This document shows, in pieces, positions 55,814 through 63,700 of a DNA stretch of 64,000 nucleotides. The stretch comes from a virus (taxonomy: Duplodnaviria > Caudoviricetes), in the IMG/VR virus record IMGVR_UViG_3300033067_000207, positions 957-64,956 of that record, one strand, 5' to 3'. The notes beneath the pieces are model-generated. The model made no database searches, was not told the DNA's origin, and saw only the letters and a list, made by a program, of their open reading frames with translations. Made by a program: the position numbers and the translations under genes. Position 1 is the first letter of the stretch; each line of letters begins with the position of its first letter.

Positions 55814-56887
55814 CTATAAAATATCGTGGTTACGGGCCACCCAATTCACAAAACTCTTCGAAGAAGTAGCAATGGCTTGCTTGCCAGAGTTCTTCATAAC
55901 TTGAATGCCGAACGCAGCTTGCCACTCAGGTTGCATACGCTGGATGTATTCCATGAAGGCTTCCATGTTAGTCTTCTCGATCTTAGCGATAGCGCCGTAC
56001 ACCAACACGGCGCACGCACCGGCACTCTCAGGAACCGGGGTCTTCTTAGGTTCCTTAATGATGGCTTCCCACGAAGGAAGCTGGTCTTGGTAGTCAACGA
56101 AGGCTTGCATATCCCGCGCAGCGGCTTCGCCCACAGCGCCAGACAGTGAGGCAATCAGAGTATCAGTATCAATCTTATCGCGAGCCTTAACAACGTTACT
56201 GGCGATCTCAAGAGAACGCGGAGACACGAAGGCTTGTTGTACGCGACGCGGATTGAAGTTGTACGGGTTGTTGTTGTCCTTAGCGTTCGGATCGTACTCG
56301 TCCAAACAATGCGGGAACTGCTTAACCCATGCCATGATAACAGGATCAATGTTGTTATCAACGGCCCAGTCTAACCACTCATCGGCCAGCGGCGCGCGGA
56401 TATTAAGGGTGATGATGCGGTTAAGTGTGTGCGCTTTGAGAGAGTCGCCGACACCATCCGAAGTCTTGTTGCCGGTCAAGAAGATGATTGATCCAGCCGG
56501 AATGGGCAGGTCACCGAGACGCGGGTTCTTAACTTCCAAAAGCGGGTGCAGCATGTTCTTGATTGGGTCAGCGCCCTTGGAATACTCATCGAGCATGATG
56601 ATAACTGGCTTGCCGCTATCCAGCTTGAAGCGAGAGTTAGGATAATACGAAGTAACCTTACGGGTGTGGTCAACCACAGGCATGGCGATATCGCCAAGGT
56701 CCATGTTTGGTACGTCAATGTACGCGGTTTCATATGAAGGAAACATTTCCTTAAGCGCGCCAATCAGGCTGCTCTTGCCAATGCCTGGAGATCCCCTAAG
56801 AAAGTAACGGTTCATTGGGGTAGCGGCGATGATGGCCGCAGCTTGCTTCAAGGAAACTTCTTTGCCAAACGAAAGGGCCTTAGACAT
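55814..56887 (-). CDS. MoxR/AAA_5-type ATPase
   Basis: Walker A GSPGIGKS, Walker B IMLDE, LTGN...TLNR, SPRS. Confidence 0.85.
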   Translation of the reverse strand: MSKALSFGKEVSLKQAAAIIAATPMNRYFLRGSPGIGKSSLIGALKEMFPSYETAYIDVPNMDLGDIAMPVVDHTRKVTSYYPNSRFKLDSGKPVIIMLDEYSKGADPIKNMLHPLLEVKNPRLGDLPIPAGSIIFLTGNKTSDGVGDSLKAHTLNRIITLNIRAPLADEWLDWAVDNNIDPVIMAWVKQFPHCLDEYDPNAKDNNNPYNFNPRRVQQAFVSPRSLEIASNVVKARDKIDTDTLIASLSGAVGEAAARDMQAFVDYQDQLPSWEAIIKEPKKTPVPESAGACAVLVYGAIAKIEKTNMEAFMEYIQRMQPEWQAAFGIQVMKNSGKQAIATSSKSFVNWVARNHDIL

Positions 56888-56911
56888 GTAATTTAATCCT
56901 TCTGTGTTTGC

Positions 56912-56926
56912 TGTAACATTGTTACA
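56912..56926. promoter_or_regulatory. Palindrome copy 5 (upstream of the AAA gene)
   Basis: TGTAACATTGTTACA. Confidence 0.75.
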
Positions 56927-56962
56927 CTGTTTGTAGTAATCTATGCTTTTACTAGTGGTAGG

Positions 56963-57046
56963 CTATCCGCCATCTCGTTCGCGCTTTTCTTTAGGTAGCG
57001 TTACAAACACAAACCAAAGCCAAACTAGCAGAAACAAAACGGGCAT
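56963..57046 (-). CDS. 27-aa membrane peptide (not in the ORF track)
   Basis: AGGAG RBS; MPVLFLLVWLWFVFVTLPKEKRERDGG. Confidence 0.45.
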   Translation of the reverse strand: MPVLFLLVWLWFVFVTLPKEKRERDGG

Positions 57047-57057
57047 CTAAATTCTCC

Positions 57058-57072
57058 TGTAACATTGTTACA
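57058..57072. promoter_or_regulatory. Palindrome copy 6 (abuts RBS, downstream of promoter)
   Basis: TGTAACATTGTTACA. Confidence 0.75.
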
Positions 57073-57118
57073 CTGGTTGGTCGGTGGGGTTATTTTTATG
57101 CCCCGTTCCGATTTTACT

Positions 57119-57147
57119 ACTATATACTATAGTTATCCCTAAGTCAA
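57119..57147 (-). promoter_or_regulatory. Sigma70-type promoter upstream of the AAA/VWA operon
   Basis: TTGACT-N17-TATAGT on the - strand. Confidence 0.7.
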
Positions 57148-57468
57148 GGGCTTCTGGGTAGACGGTCGAATGAGGCCCAGTATCTCTTGAGCTTCAGTAA
57201 AAGAAAGTTCCTTTTCAGAGGCGGCTGTAAAAAACTTGACCACCTTGGAAACCGCGTCCAGCTCATCTATTGCGCGCGTGCGAATTTCGCTTACCCCGTA
57301 TACCCTATCTCTGTTTTTATTCATTGCGGGTACGGAACAGAACGAACCTTCTCTATGGTAAAATTTTGCTTTAATGTAGCGTGGCCGCGAACCCCACTTA
57401 TAGTGGATAAAATAAACGTTATAGTCTGGGTCATACCAGACGCCTTTAATTTCCCATTTCATCTTCAA
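57139..57468 (-). CDS. Small DEL-motif protein
   Basis: TRAIDELDAVSKV. Confidence 0.7.
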   Translation of the reverse strand: MKMKWEIKGVWYDPDYNVYFIHYKWGSRPRYIKAKFYHREGSFCSVPAMNKNRDRVYGVSEIRTRAIDELDAVSKVVKFFTAASEKELSFTEAQEILGLIRPSTQKPLT

Positions 57469-57610
57469 GTTGCTTTCCCCTGATGATAGTTTCCTTAATC
57501 GCTTCCATGAGCGCGGTGTTGCCGGTGTAATTACCCTGCAATTTATAAATCCTTCCTTCCGCCTCCACTAAGTTCTTTACTGCTTGCCTGATCCATTCTT
57601 CTTTAGTCAC
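57446..57610 (-). CDS. 54-aa hypothetical protein (not in the ORF track)
   Basis: GTG start after GGGAG; fills the gap between neighbours. Confidence 0.45.
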   Translation of the reverse strand: MTKEEWIRQAVKNLVEAEGRIYKLQGNYTGNTALMEAIKETIIRGKQLEDEMGN

Positions 57611-57980
57611 TGTGTGCTCCCTTGTGTTTGTTAATGAAGTCCACCATGCCTTGTGCGTCGGTATCCCAGTCTAGGTTTCTGCTAACCTCTTTAAGCGCCT
57701 CCTCGTCGTTCATAATCTGCTCAAGATAATTCTCGCCGAAGGCTTTTAATTTAATATTGTATTCCTCCGGGTCTTCTTTCTCGTCTTTCCAGCCAAACTC
57801 ACTTTCAAACGCATCGCACCCAGAGCATGAACCGAACGACCCCCGCACCCAACCAGAGCGATCCGGCAGCACAACCAACGCCAACCAGTCACCTTGATAG
57901 GAACCAAACTCTTTGAATAGCAATACCTTAGCCCCCGCAGCTTCTAGGGCCTTGGCGTAATTATGCTCATATTCAATCAT
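57603..57980 (-). CDS. Hypothetical protein
   Basis: GSYQGDWLAL...GSFGSCSGCDAFE. Confidence 0.7.
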   Translation of the reverse strand: MIEYEHNYAKALEAAGAKVLLFKEFGSYQGDWLALVVLPDRSGWVRGSFGSCSGCDAFESEFGWKDEKEDPEEYNIKLKAFGENYLEQIMNDEEALKEVSRNLDWDTDAQGMVDFINKHKGAHSD

Positions 57981-58222
57981 GCGTAATAAACCTCCTTGTT
58001 TTTCCAGCTTTCTATAAACCTGCTCATAGCCTGCAATTCATCCGGGCAGTTCTTCAGGTGGTGCGAATGATAATCCCTCCCCCCATATGGTAAAACATCG
58101 TCCCTATCTTCTGGCGCTCTCCAGCCGTCTAAATAAGGATACCCAGCGACACGGTAATGGACCGCGAAACCGTCAAACCAACGCTGAAAACCTAAAATCT
58201 CTACGTTCTCAATCGGGGTCAT
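57977..58222 (-). CDS. Small DEL-motif protein
   Basis: KNCPDELQAMSRF; RBS GAGG. Confidence 0.7.
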   Translation of the reverse strand: MTPIENVEILGFQRWFDGFAVHYRVAGYPYLDGWRAPEDRDDVLPYGGRDYHSHHLKNCPDELQAMSRFIESWKNKEVYYA

Positions 58223-58488
58223 TTTTTCCTCGGATAGTTTGCTAGTAGATGTTCTATAACGAGGTGGTCTACCTCTCGGCGCGACCATTTTAAGTAGGCT
58301 TCAAGTTCGTCTTGTGCGTGTACTTTTTCTGAGTGATAGTCCGCCCCGAACTCTTTGGCATAAATGGGTTCAGGGCTATAGCCGTACGGTTCGTACCTAA
58401 AACAAACTTCGAACATCCCGGGAACAGAAGCTAGTATCCCAAGAAACTCCACTTCTTTATGGGGATCAATCGGGGTTGACAACTTCAA
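58219..58488 (-). CDS. Small DEL-motif protein
   Basis: VHAQDELEAYLKW. Confidence 0.7.
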   Translation of the reverse strand: MKLSTPIDPHKEVEFLGILASVPGMFEVCFRYEPYGYSPEPIYAKEFGADYHSEKVHAQDELEAYLKWSRREVDHLVIEHLLANYPRKK

Positions 58489-58690
58489 TCTCCATGCCTT
58501 CCATCAGCTTACGGAATTTCACCATCACGTCAAGCTCATCTTGTCCGTGCATAGGTAGGGTACGCGGCGTGTTTTCCTCAGAGAGCTTACAATGAACCAT
58601 AAACAAATGCCGAACACCTTCCATCCCTAGTTCATATAACCCATCATCCTCTATCCGTAACAATGTTACACTCAATTTTTTCTTTTTCAT
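58466..58690 (-). CDS. Small DEL-motif protein
   Basis: MHGQDELDVMVKF. Confidence 0.65.
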   Translation of the reverse strand: MKKKKLSVTLLRIEDDGLYELGMEGVRHLFMVHCKLSEENTPRTLPMHGQDELDVMVKFRKLMEGMEIEVVNPD

Positions 58691-58922
58691 TGCGCGCCAT
58701 CCTGTATGCTTCGACTTCGCACGCCGCTGTAACTTCGAACGTTTTTTCCTCTGAGAAATTTTCGTCGTCATAGGTTATTTTTATCCTAACAACATACTTG
58801 TTTGTGCGCGCACCGGTCTGAGAAAAGTATTCATTTTTCCCGAGCTGCCTTCGCCGCACACCTCCGCCTTTGTTCAGGCTTTTGAACTTGTTGTTTATGT
58901 TTAGTATCTCAACCGTAACCAT
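58644..58922 (-). CDS. Small protein, DEL-motif variant
   Basis: FEVTAACEVEAYRMA; RBS GGAGG. Confidence 0.65.
   Translation of the reverse strand: MVTVEILNINNKFKSLNKGGGVRRRQLGKNEYFSQTGARTNKYVVRIKITYDDENFSEEKTFEVTAACEVEAYRMARNEKEKIECNIVTDRG
58657..58669. promoter_or_regulatory. Palindrome copy 7 (in a gene overlap)
   Basis: GTAACAATGTTAC. Confidence 0.65.
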
Positions 58923-59241
58923 TTCTTTGCCTCCATTCTAAGTTAGTTTGTGCTTTCAGTTCTTCCCACTTTTTATCTCGTGCTACTTTTAGCGCCCACT
59001 CTCTTTCAAAGAAACTGATTACGGCAAGCTCGTCTTGTAGCAGCTCGCCTCTATAGAAGTTACTTATTTGGAATGTAGCGTATCCACTACTAAAATAATA
59101 CCCATCCGAATTTCTTACTCTGTATCCTCCGGCGTGTTTGTACAGTTTTTCAAACCAACCCACATAACCCCAGTTCACTTCTATACGCCACATATCTCCG
59201 TATACAGGAACAACACTCTTAATCACCCCAGCATTCGCCAT
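58909..59241 (-). CDS. Small DEL-motif protein
   Basis: ELLQDELAVISFF. Confidence 0.7.
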   Translation of the reverse strand: MANAGVIKSVVPVYGDMWRIEVNWGYVGWFEKLYKHAGGYRVRNSDGYYFSSGYATFQISNFYRGELLQDELAVISFFEREWALKVARDKKWEELKAQTNLEWRQRNGYG

Positions 59242-59416
59242 GTTCCCGCACCTCGTTCAAGTGGTTATAAAGTACTCGCGACAGCCGTTGTAGACGTAAG
59301 ATTTCTTCCTGCTGTTTGTCTATCAGATCGCATGCCTCCTGCATAACTTCTCGCGTGTGTTCCACTTTTTCTCGGTCTTTACCCCCATTCCACCAGTATT
59401 TAATTTTCTTCCACAT
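59219..59416 (-). CDS. Hypothetical coiled-coil protein
   Basis: 65 aa with RBS. Confidence 0.6.
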   Translation of the reverse strand: MWKKIKYWWNGGKDREKVEHTREVMQEACDLIDKQQEEILRLQRLSRVLYNHLNEVREHGECWGD

Positions 59417-59426
59417 CGTCAGTCTC

Positions 59427-59579
59427 CTATGTTTTACGGCATTTGTAGCAGGCGATAATTACTTTCCCTCTTCGTCTTACGTGCGACCCACTCGGAAGGT
59501 TTTCTCCGCAGCTACATTTACCTGAATACTTCAGTACATACGGATATGATCCAGAACCATACGCAAACAGATTACTCAT
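59427..59579 (-). CDS. Small Cys-containing (zinc-ribbon-like) protein
   Basis: KCSCG...ACYKC. Confidence 0.5.
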   Translation of the reverse strand: MSNLFAYGSGSYPYVLKYSGKCSCGENLPSGSHVRRRGKVIIACYKCRKT

Positions 59580-59868
59580 CTGCAAACTGGAAGGCCGATA
59601 ATGTTGGGTCTTCATTTAGTTTCTCCTCATAAAGTTTAAGGAACTCCATAGCTTTAATAAAAATTCCAAGTTCATCGGTTTCTGCCCTTACCACTACTGC
59701 TATATTGGTGTCGCGCAAAACACAAAAACCATCCGGGCCGAGCATGATCTGTTCCCACCTTCTAATTAAACTCCTAACCGACCCTCGATCACCTACAGCA
59801 CTACCAAGCTCCGCATAGCCCCAATTATACGCGTCTGGTGGGACTACCCGTTTAATCTTGTGCGGCAT
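59572..59868 (-). CDS. Small DEL-motif protein
   Basis: RAETDELGIFIKA. Confidence 0.7.
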   Translation of the reverse strand: MPHKIKRVVPPDAYNWGYAELGSAVGDRGSVRSLIRRWEQIMLGPDGFCVLRDTNIAVVVRAETDELGIFIKAMEFLKLYEEKLNEDPTLSAFQFADE

Positions 59869-60160
59869 TGTACGCCTCCAATAATTTTAGCGTGGGCAGC
59901 AAAGCCGATAACTCGTCCGGGTATACGGCAGCAGAAAAAGGTTTATTGACGCCGTATAGCTGAAAATATAATTTAATCTTTGCGGACAGCGGGCCTATGC
60001 GGTGAAAAAACGCAACCGGTTGGTACTCTAAAGACTGTTCGTCCAGCAGTTTTCGCAACTCGTCGCATATAATACTCGCTTCGCGCCCGGTTGTTGTTGG
60101 TTTTAGCACCGCCACGATTTGACTTCCGTCCTGTATTATACGGTCTAGTTCTAGTTTCAT
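59852..60160 (-). CDS. Small DEL-motif protein (PDEL subtype)
   Basis: AVYPDELSALLPT. Confidence 0.7.
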   Translation of the reverse strand: MKLELDRIIQDGSQIVAVLKPTTTGREASIICDELRKLLDEQSLEYQPVAFFHRIGPLSAKIKLYFQLYGVNKPFSAAVYPDELSALLPTLKLLEAYNAAQD

Positions 60161-60384
60161 AGTACATGCCCCGCATTAGCTAAGAAATCCATAACTCTTT
60201 TCATTGCGTCAAGCTCGTCAAGCGCCATAAAGTTTGGTCTAAACAGCCATGCGCCGTGCCACGTAAATATTTTTCTAAGTGCGGTGGCTTCTTCTTTGTT
60301 CTCAGCCTGTATCCAAACTGTATACCACGCCATTTTTCTATTTATGCCCGCGTGCGCCAGCCATTCAATCTTGATTATTCGCAT
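60157..60384 (-). CDS. Small DEL-motif protein
   Basis: FMALDELDAMKRV. Confidence 0.7.
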   Translation of the reverse strand: MRIIKIEWLAHAGINRKMAWYTVWIQAENKEEATALRKIFTWHGAWLFRPNFMALDELDAMKRVMDFLANAGHVL

Positions 60385-60625
60385 TCCATTCCTCAAGTAT
60401 GGGTTGCAGGTGCGCGAAAACCGAAAGCTCGTCTGGAAACTTATCTACATCAAAGTTAATTCTTTGGGTTCGAACACCGTAAGTGTCGGCGTCCGACATT
60501 CTGCATAACTGGTTCAAAGTGCTCCTGTCGCGGTCGTCATTACCAGACAACCCGGAAATATAGGCGTGGAAATCAAAGTGAAACGAATTAACACCGCGCT
60601 CAATCCGTTCTATTTCTAGTTTCAT
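60365..60625 (-). CDS. Small DEL-motif protein (PDEL subtype)
   Basis: DKFPDELSVFAHL. Confidence 0.7.
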   Translation of the reverse strand: MKLEIERIERGVNSFHFDFHAYISGLSGNDDRDRSTLNQLCRMSDADTYGVRTQRINFDVDKFPDELSVFAHLQPILEEWNANNQD

Positions 60626-61029
60626 GCGATCTTGTATCCTCTTGCGTTTAACCACCGGACAGCCTGTGCGTACGCATCTAGCTCATCAACGGCTTCTTTT
60701 ATTTCTATGTGGGGGTGCCTTAATATATTATACCCACCGCTCGTAGCTGGGTCAGCCACAACATAGAAATTCCCGGTATAAAACCCCCTCCAAGGGTTAG
60801 GAATAGAAAATATATGTAGCTTTACTTTCGCTATATACTCGTCTCTCGCGTATCCCTTTACTACCTCAATGATATGTACCTTATTTGGAAAAGTGTATTT
60901 CTTAAGTAAGTATAAAGGCCCAAGGGCATAAAGCAAAAATAATACACAGCCAAAGACAACAGAAAAACATAAAAGCGCGCCAACAGGACCAAACGCCTGT
61001 ACCACCACTTTAAAGGTTACCCATATCAT
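60622..61029 (-). CDS. DEL-motif protein with N-terminal TM segment
   Basis: Hydrophobic N-terminus; KEAVDELDAYAQA. Confidence 0.7.
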   Translation of the reverse strand: MIWVTFKVVVQAFGPVGALLCFSVVFGCVLFLLYALGPLYLLKKYTFPNKVHIIEVVKGYARDEYIAKVKLHIFSIPNPWRGFYTGNFYVVADPATSGGYNILRHPHIEIKEAVDELDAYAQAVRWLNARGYKIA

Positions 61030-61035
61030 TCTGCA

Positions 61036-61344
61036 TTACACCTTTATATCTACCAGAGTACCCAATACTTTCTGCGCTGCGTTGTACACAGTCGTGAAGG
61101 CCGCAAGCTCATCTCTGGCGCTGACCTCAAACCGCTTCCTGCGCTGGCATTTAACGATGCGAATATCTTCGTGAACTATTGCCGTCACTATCCTGTGCCG
61201 CCGATCTACCCACGCTGCTCTTTGGGCGTGGTCCGGGCAGTGCCCGTCTGGGTAGCACACCGCGTATTCGTCTTCCCACGTGATCCATACGAAATACATG
61301 GTGGCGTCGTTACGAAACCTTTGGACTCTTCTTAGACTTAACAT
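61036..61344 (-). CDS. Small DEL-motif protein
   Basis: VSARDELAAFTTV. Confidence 0.7.
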   Translation of the reverse strand: MLSLRRVQRFRNDATMYFVWITWEDEYAVCYPDGHCPDHAQRAAWVDRRHRIVTAIVHEDIRIVKCQRRKRFEVSARDELAAFTTVYNAAQKVLGTLVDIKV

Positions 61345-61627
61345 CTTTTTGTTCCTCGTAATTTTTTATGGTTTGGAGTGCGGCGGAGAAAACAGTTAGC
61401 TCATCTGGGAAAGGCTTGATGAACCTACCTATTCTCCCTAAACAAAGTCGAAACTCGTTATCGGCTGTAGGTGAAGCATCTATATAAAACTCGTAGCCTG
61501 CCGGGGTTATCATCAAATCGCGCCAGTAATATAGCTCTTTAATATCGGCGGGCATCAGCACATCAAACATAGCGTAAATTTCTTCACCGTAACCAGATAT
61601 TGGGTTTTCTTCCAGCAGGCGTAACAC
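61310..61627 (-). CDS. Small DEL-motif protein (PDEL subtype)
   Basis: KPFPDELTVFSAA. Confidence 0.7.
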   Translation of the reverse strand: MLRLLEENPISGYGEEIYAMFDVLMPADIKELYYWRDLMITPAGYEFYIDASPTADNEFRLCLGRIGRFIKPFPDELTVFSAALQTIKNYEEQKDVKSKKSPKVS

Positions 61628-61633
61628 TGTTAC
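61621..61633. promoter_or_regulatory. Palindrome copy 8 (covers a GTG start codon)
   Basis: GTAACACTGTTAC. Confidence 0.7.
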
Positions 61634-61645
61634 TCCACCTCCATT

Positions 61646-61888
61646 TTATATATCCTCCAGTATCTTCATCACGTAGGTCATTACTGCAAGCTCGTCTGCG
61701 TGGAACATAGCGAGGTGCGTATGGGATATAGAAACAAAATATGGGTCTACGTTTCTGTGTTTCTCCTGTAGTTTTTCCACGTCCTCCCACGCTAGTATCC
61801 CATCGAACCGCACCAAATACAAGTTATACCCACTAGTAGATGTCAACGTGCCGCTGGGACACGTTATTTTACGTATCTTCACCATCAC
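61646..61888 (-). CDS. Small DEL-motif protein
   Basis: MFHADELAVMTYV. Confidence 0.7.
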   Translation of the reverse strand: MMVKIRKITCPSGTLTSTSGYNLYLVRFDGILAWEDVEKLQEKHRNVDPYFVSISHTHLAMFHADELAVMTYVMKILEDI

Positions 61889-62160
61889 CGGCTCCGTAAC
61901 AGCACGCGCTCTTCGATCAGATGTTGCAGTTCGTTATAAATTTGCTCAACCAAGAGGACGCGCTTGCCCTTAAACTTATCCAGAGCTTCGGCGTATGATA
62001 GTTCCGCTTGCCTCTCATCCCTGCCGCGTGAGTATTCCACATTCTTGTACCCATCCCACACGCCCACCAGATAGACTTTATAGGTTTTCATTTCCGGCTT
62101 TTGTTTGTTCATTTGATTTCTCCTCAACGCTAGGTGTTCCATTTTTACTGTTATATCCAT
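61885..62160 (-). CDS. Hypothetical protein without the DEL motif
   Basis: ORF in the operon; true start may be internal. Confidence 0.55.
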   Translation of the reverse strand: MDITVKMEHLALRRNQMNKQKPEMKTYKVYLVGVWDGYKNVEYSRGRDERQAELSYAEALDKFKGKRVLLVEQIYNELQHLIEERVLLRSR

Positions 62161-62210
62161 GAGGCCACCTCTTGTTTATTTCATCCAGTATGGGTTGCGC
62201 CAGCACGTAT

Positions 62211-62573
62211 TCATTCTATACCTCCGTTTGGTTGCACAGGAACACTGTCGCCACAGCTAGCAGGCGCAGCAGGTATAATACCATTTGTAATTTCCTCCCA
62301 GTTACCCAGTATGCGTTGTGCTAGCACAAAGGCTGCAAGCTCGTCGGGGATAGAGTCCGCCCTGAAACAGATCATATCAGGAAACAGCAGCACGGGGAGT
62401 ATATTGTGTTTACGCACGTAGCTCTCCAGCCCTAAGAAGCTAGTAGCTTTGTTCGTTATGCTTTCTGTGAGGGCGGCGGATAAGCTAGGCTCAAGAAGCC
62501 TGCTGTCTAGTCTCACATCAATCCATTTCTCGTTAAATGGGTCGATATTCACTTTCTCTATGTTTGGTTTCAT
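62211..62573 (-). CDS. Small DEL-motif protein (PDEL subtype)
   Basis: DSIPDELAAFVLA. Confidence 0.7.
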   Translation of the reverse strand: MKPNIEKVNIDPFNEKWIDVRLDSRLLEPSLSAALTESITNKATSFLGLESYVRKHNILPVLLFPDMICFRADSIPDELAAFVLAQRILGNWEEITNGIIPAAPASCGDSVPVQPNGGIE

Positions 62574-62823
62574 CCACGTGCCTTTCTATGTATCCTATAG
62601 CTATGCTAAGCGCTTTCAGCTCGTCCACTGTTGCAATCTGGAATGTACATCTTCCGGGGCTGAAGAACTCGTCATGCGGTTTTAGTTCCCGCCAGTCTGT
62701 ATCGGCTACATTTTCTGGAAACTTCTCATAGAAGGTTCTTTCTTTTCCTTTAAGGGCGACAACTATGTTGTATACCCACCGCCCCTCATCGCCGCCGATA
62801 TTTTCTATATTAATTATCTCCAT
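62533..62823 (-). CDS. Small DEL-motif protein
   Basis: IATVDELKALSIA. Confidence 0.7.
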   Translation of the reverse strand: MEIINIENIGGDEGRWVYNIVVALKGKERTFYEKFPENVADTDWRELKPHDEFFSPGRCTFQIATVDELKALSIAIGYIERHVDETKHRESEYRPI

Positions 62824-63082
62824 AGTCTTCTTCCTCTGTGTCCAGCATCCAGAAATCATCGGACAAAACCCGAGCGGAAGAAATAAACTCCACCACCTTA
62901 CCCTTTTCTGTGAACCAGAAAGTATCCCCGAAGACTGGGGAGATAACTATGTTGTAGTATGAGTTGGTTTTATTCCGGCGTAACAGTGTTACAGCTAATT
63001 TCTTAGCTCTTGTCTCGCCTTTGATGTGGGCTTGTAAGTATTTTGTTGGGGATAGTTGGATTGAGAGTTTATAGAGTTTCAT
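62810..63082 (-). CDS. Hypothetical protein without the DEL motif
   Basis: 90 aa, overlapping its neighbours. Confidence 0.6.
   Translation of the reverse strand: MKLYKLSIQLSPTKYLQAHIKGETRAKKLAVTLLRRNKTNSYYNIVISPVFGDTFWFTEKGKVVEFISSARVLSDDFWMLDTEEEDYGDN
62980..62992. promoter_or_regulatory. Palindrome copy 9 (intragenic)
   Basis: GTAACAGTGTTAC. Confidence 0.65.
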
Positions 63083-63299
63083 TTGTTTGCTCCTGTGCCA
63101 CTATGAAAATTTTTAACGCATCCAGCTCATCTTTGGCGTTGTATATCCTTACGGCGTAGGGGCCGTATGTTGTAGAGTATCCTTTCTTTGCGATGGCGTA
63201 ACAAATTTTAGAGCTGTTTTTTATTTTCCCTCCGTCTTCGCGCCGCACACAGTATGAAATGCCGTCCCATACTACCCTAAGCGCCTCCATTTTTTGCAC
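63069..63299 (-). CDS. Small DEL-motif protein
   Basis: YNAKDELDALKIF. Confidence 0.7.
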   Translation of the reverse strand: MQKMEALRVVWDGISYCVRREDGGKIKNSSKICYAIAKKGYSTTYGPYAVRIYNAKDELDALKIFIVAQEQTNETL

Positions 63300-63594
63300 C
63301 TGATGTTATGTACTCGCATACAACCAAGGCTTTCTTAAACGCATCCAGCTCATCCTCGCCTGATACACACAGCACGGGTTCACCACATATATTGTATTCG
63401 TTTTCCGCCCCGTACGCCTCCGTGTAGTATGCGTTTGATCCGCACACACCGTCACCAAGTTTATACCACGGATAATATCCTGTAGGCACCTCTGCGGTTT
63501 TTTTCAGAAACCGCGTTTCTTTTTTTGTCGCCTTGGTGACTACAACCATAAATGACCGTCCGGCCCTGCGTGTACTAACTCTCTTTGGTAACAT
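63277..63594 (-). CDS. Small DEL-motif protein
   Basis: VSGEDELDAFKKA. Confidence 0.7.
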   Translation of the reverse strand: MLPKRVSTRRAGRSFMVVVTKATKKETRFLKKTAEVPTGYYPWYKLGDGVCGSNAYYTEAYGAENEYNICGEPVLCVSGEDELDAFKKALVVCEYITSGAKNGGA

Positions 63595-63631
63595 TTAACA
63601 TACTCTCTATTAGTGGCCTTACTTTTTAGGC

Positions 63632-63644
63632 GTAACATTGTTAC
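63632..63644. promoter_or_regulatory. Palindrome copy 10 (intergenic)
   Basis: GTAACATTGTTAC. Confidence 0.75.
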
Positions 63645-63700
63645 ACTGTTGATAAATCTTCCCTTGAACGCACCGCACCTTATTATTTGTTTTGTTTTGT

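Noticed and set aside
46179-63644. Palindrome as an NtcA site, parS site or CRISPR repeat
   Set aside because: The spacing is GTA-N7-TAC rather than the NtcA GTA-N8-TAC; it does not match the parS consensus; and the copies are irregularly spaced across whole genes.
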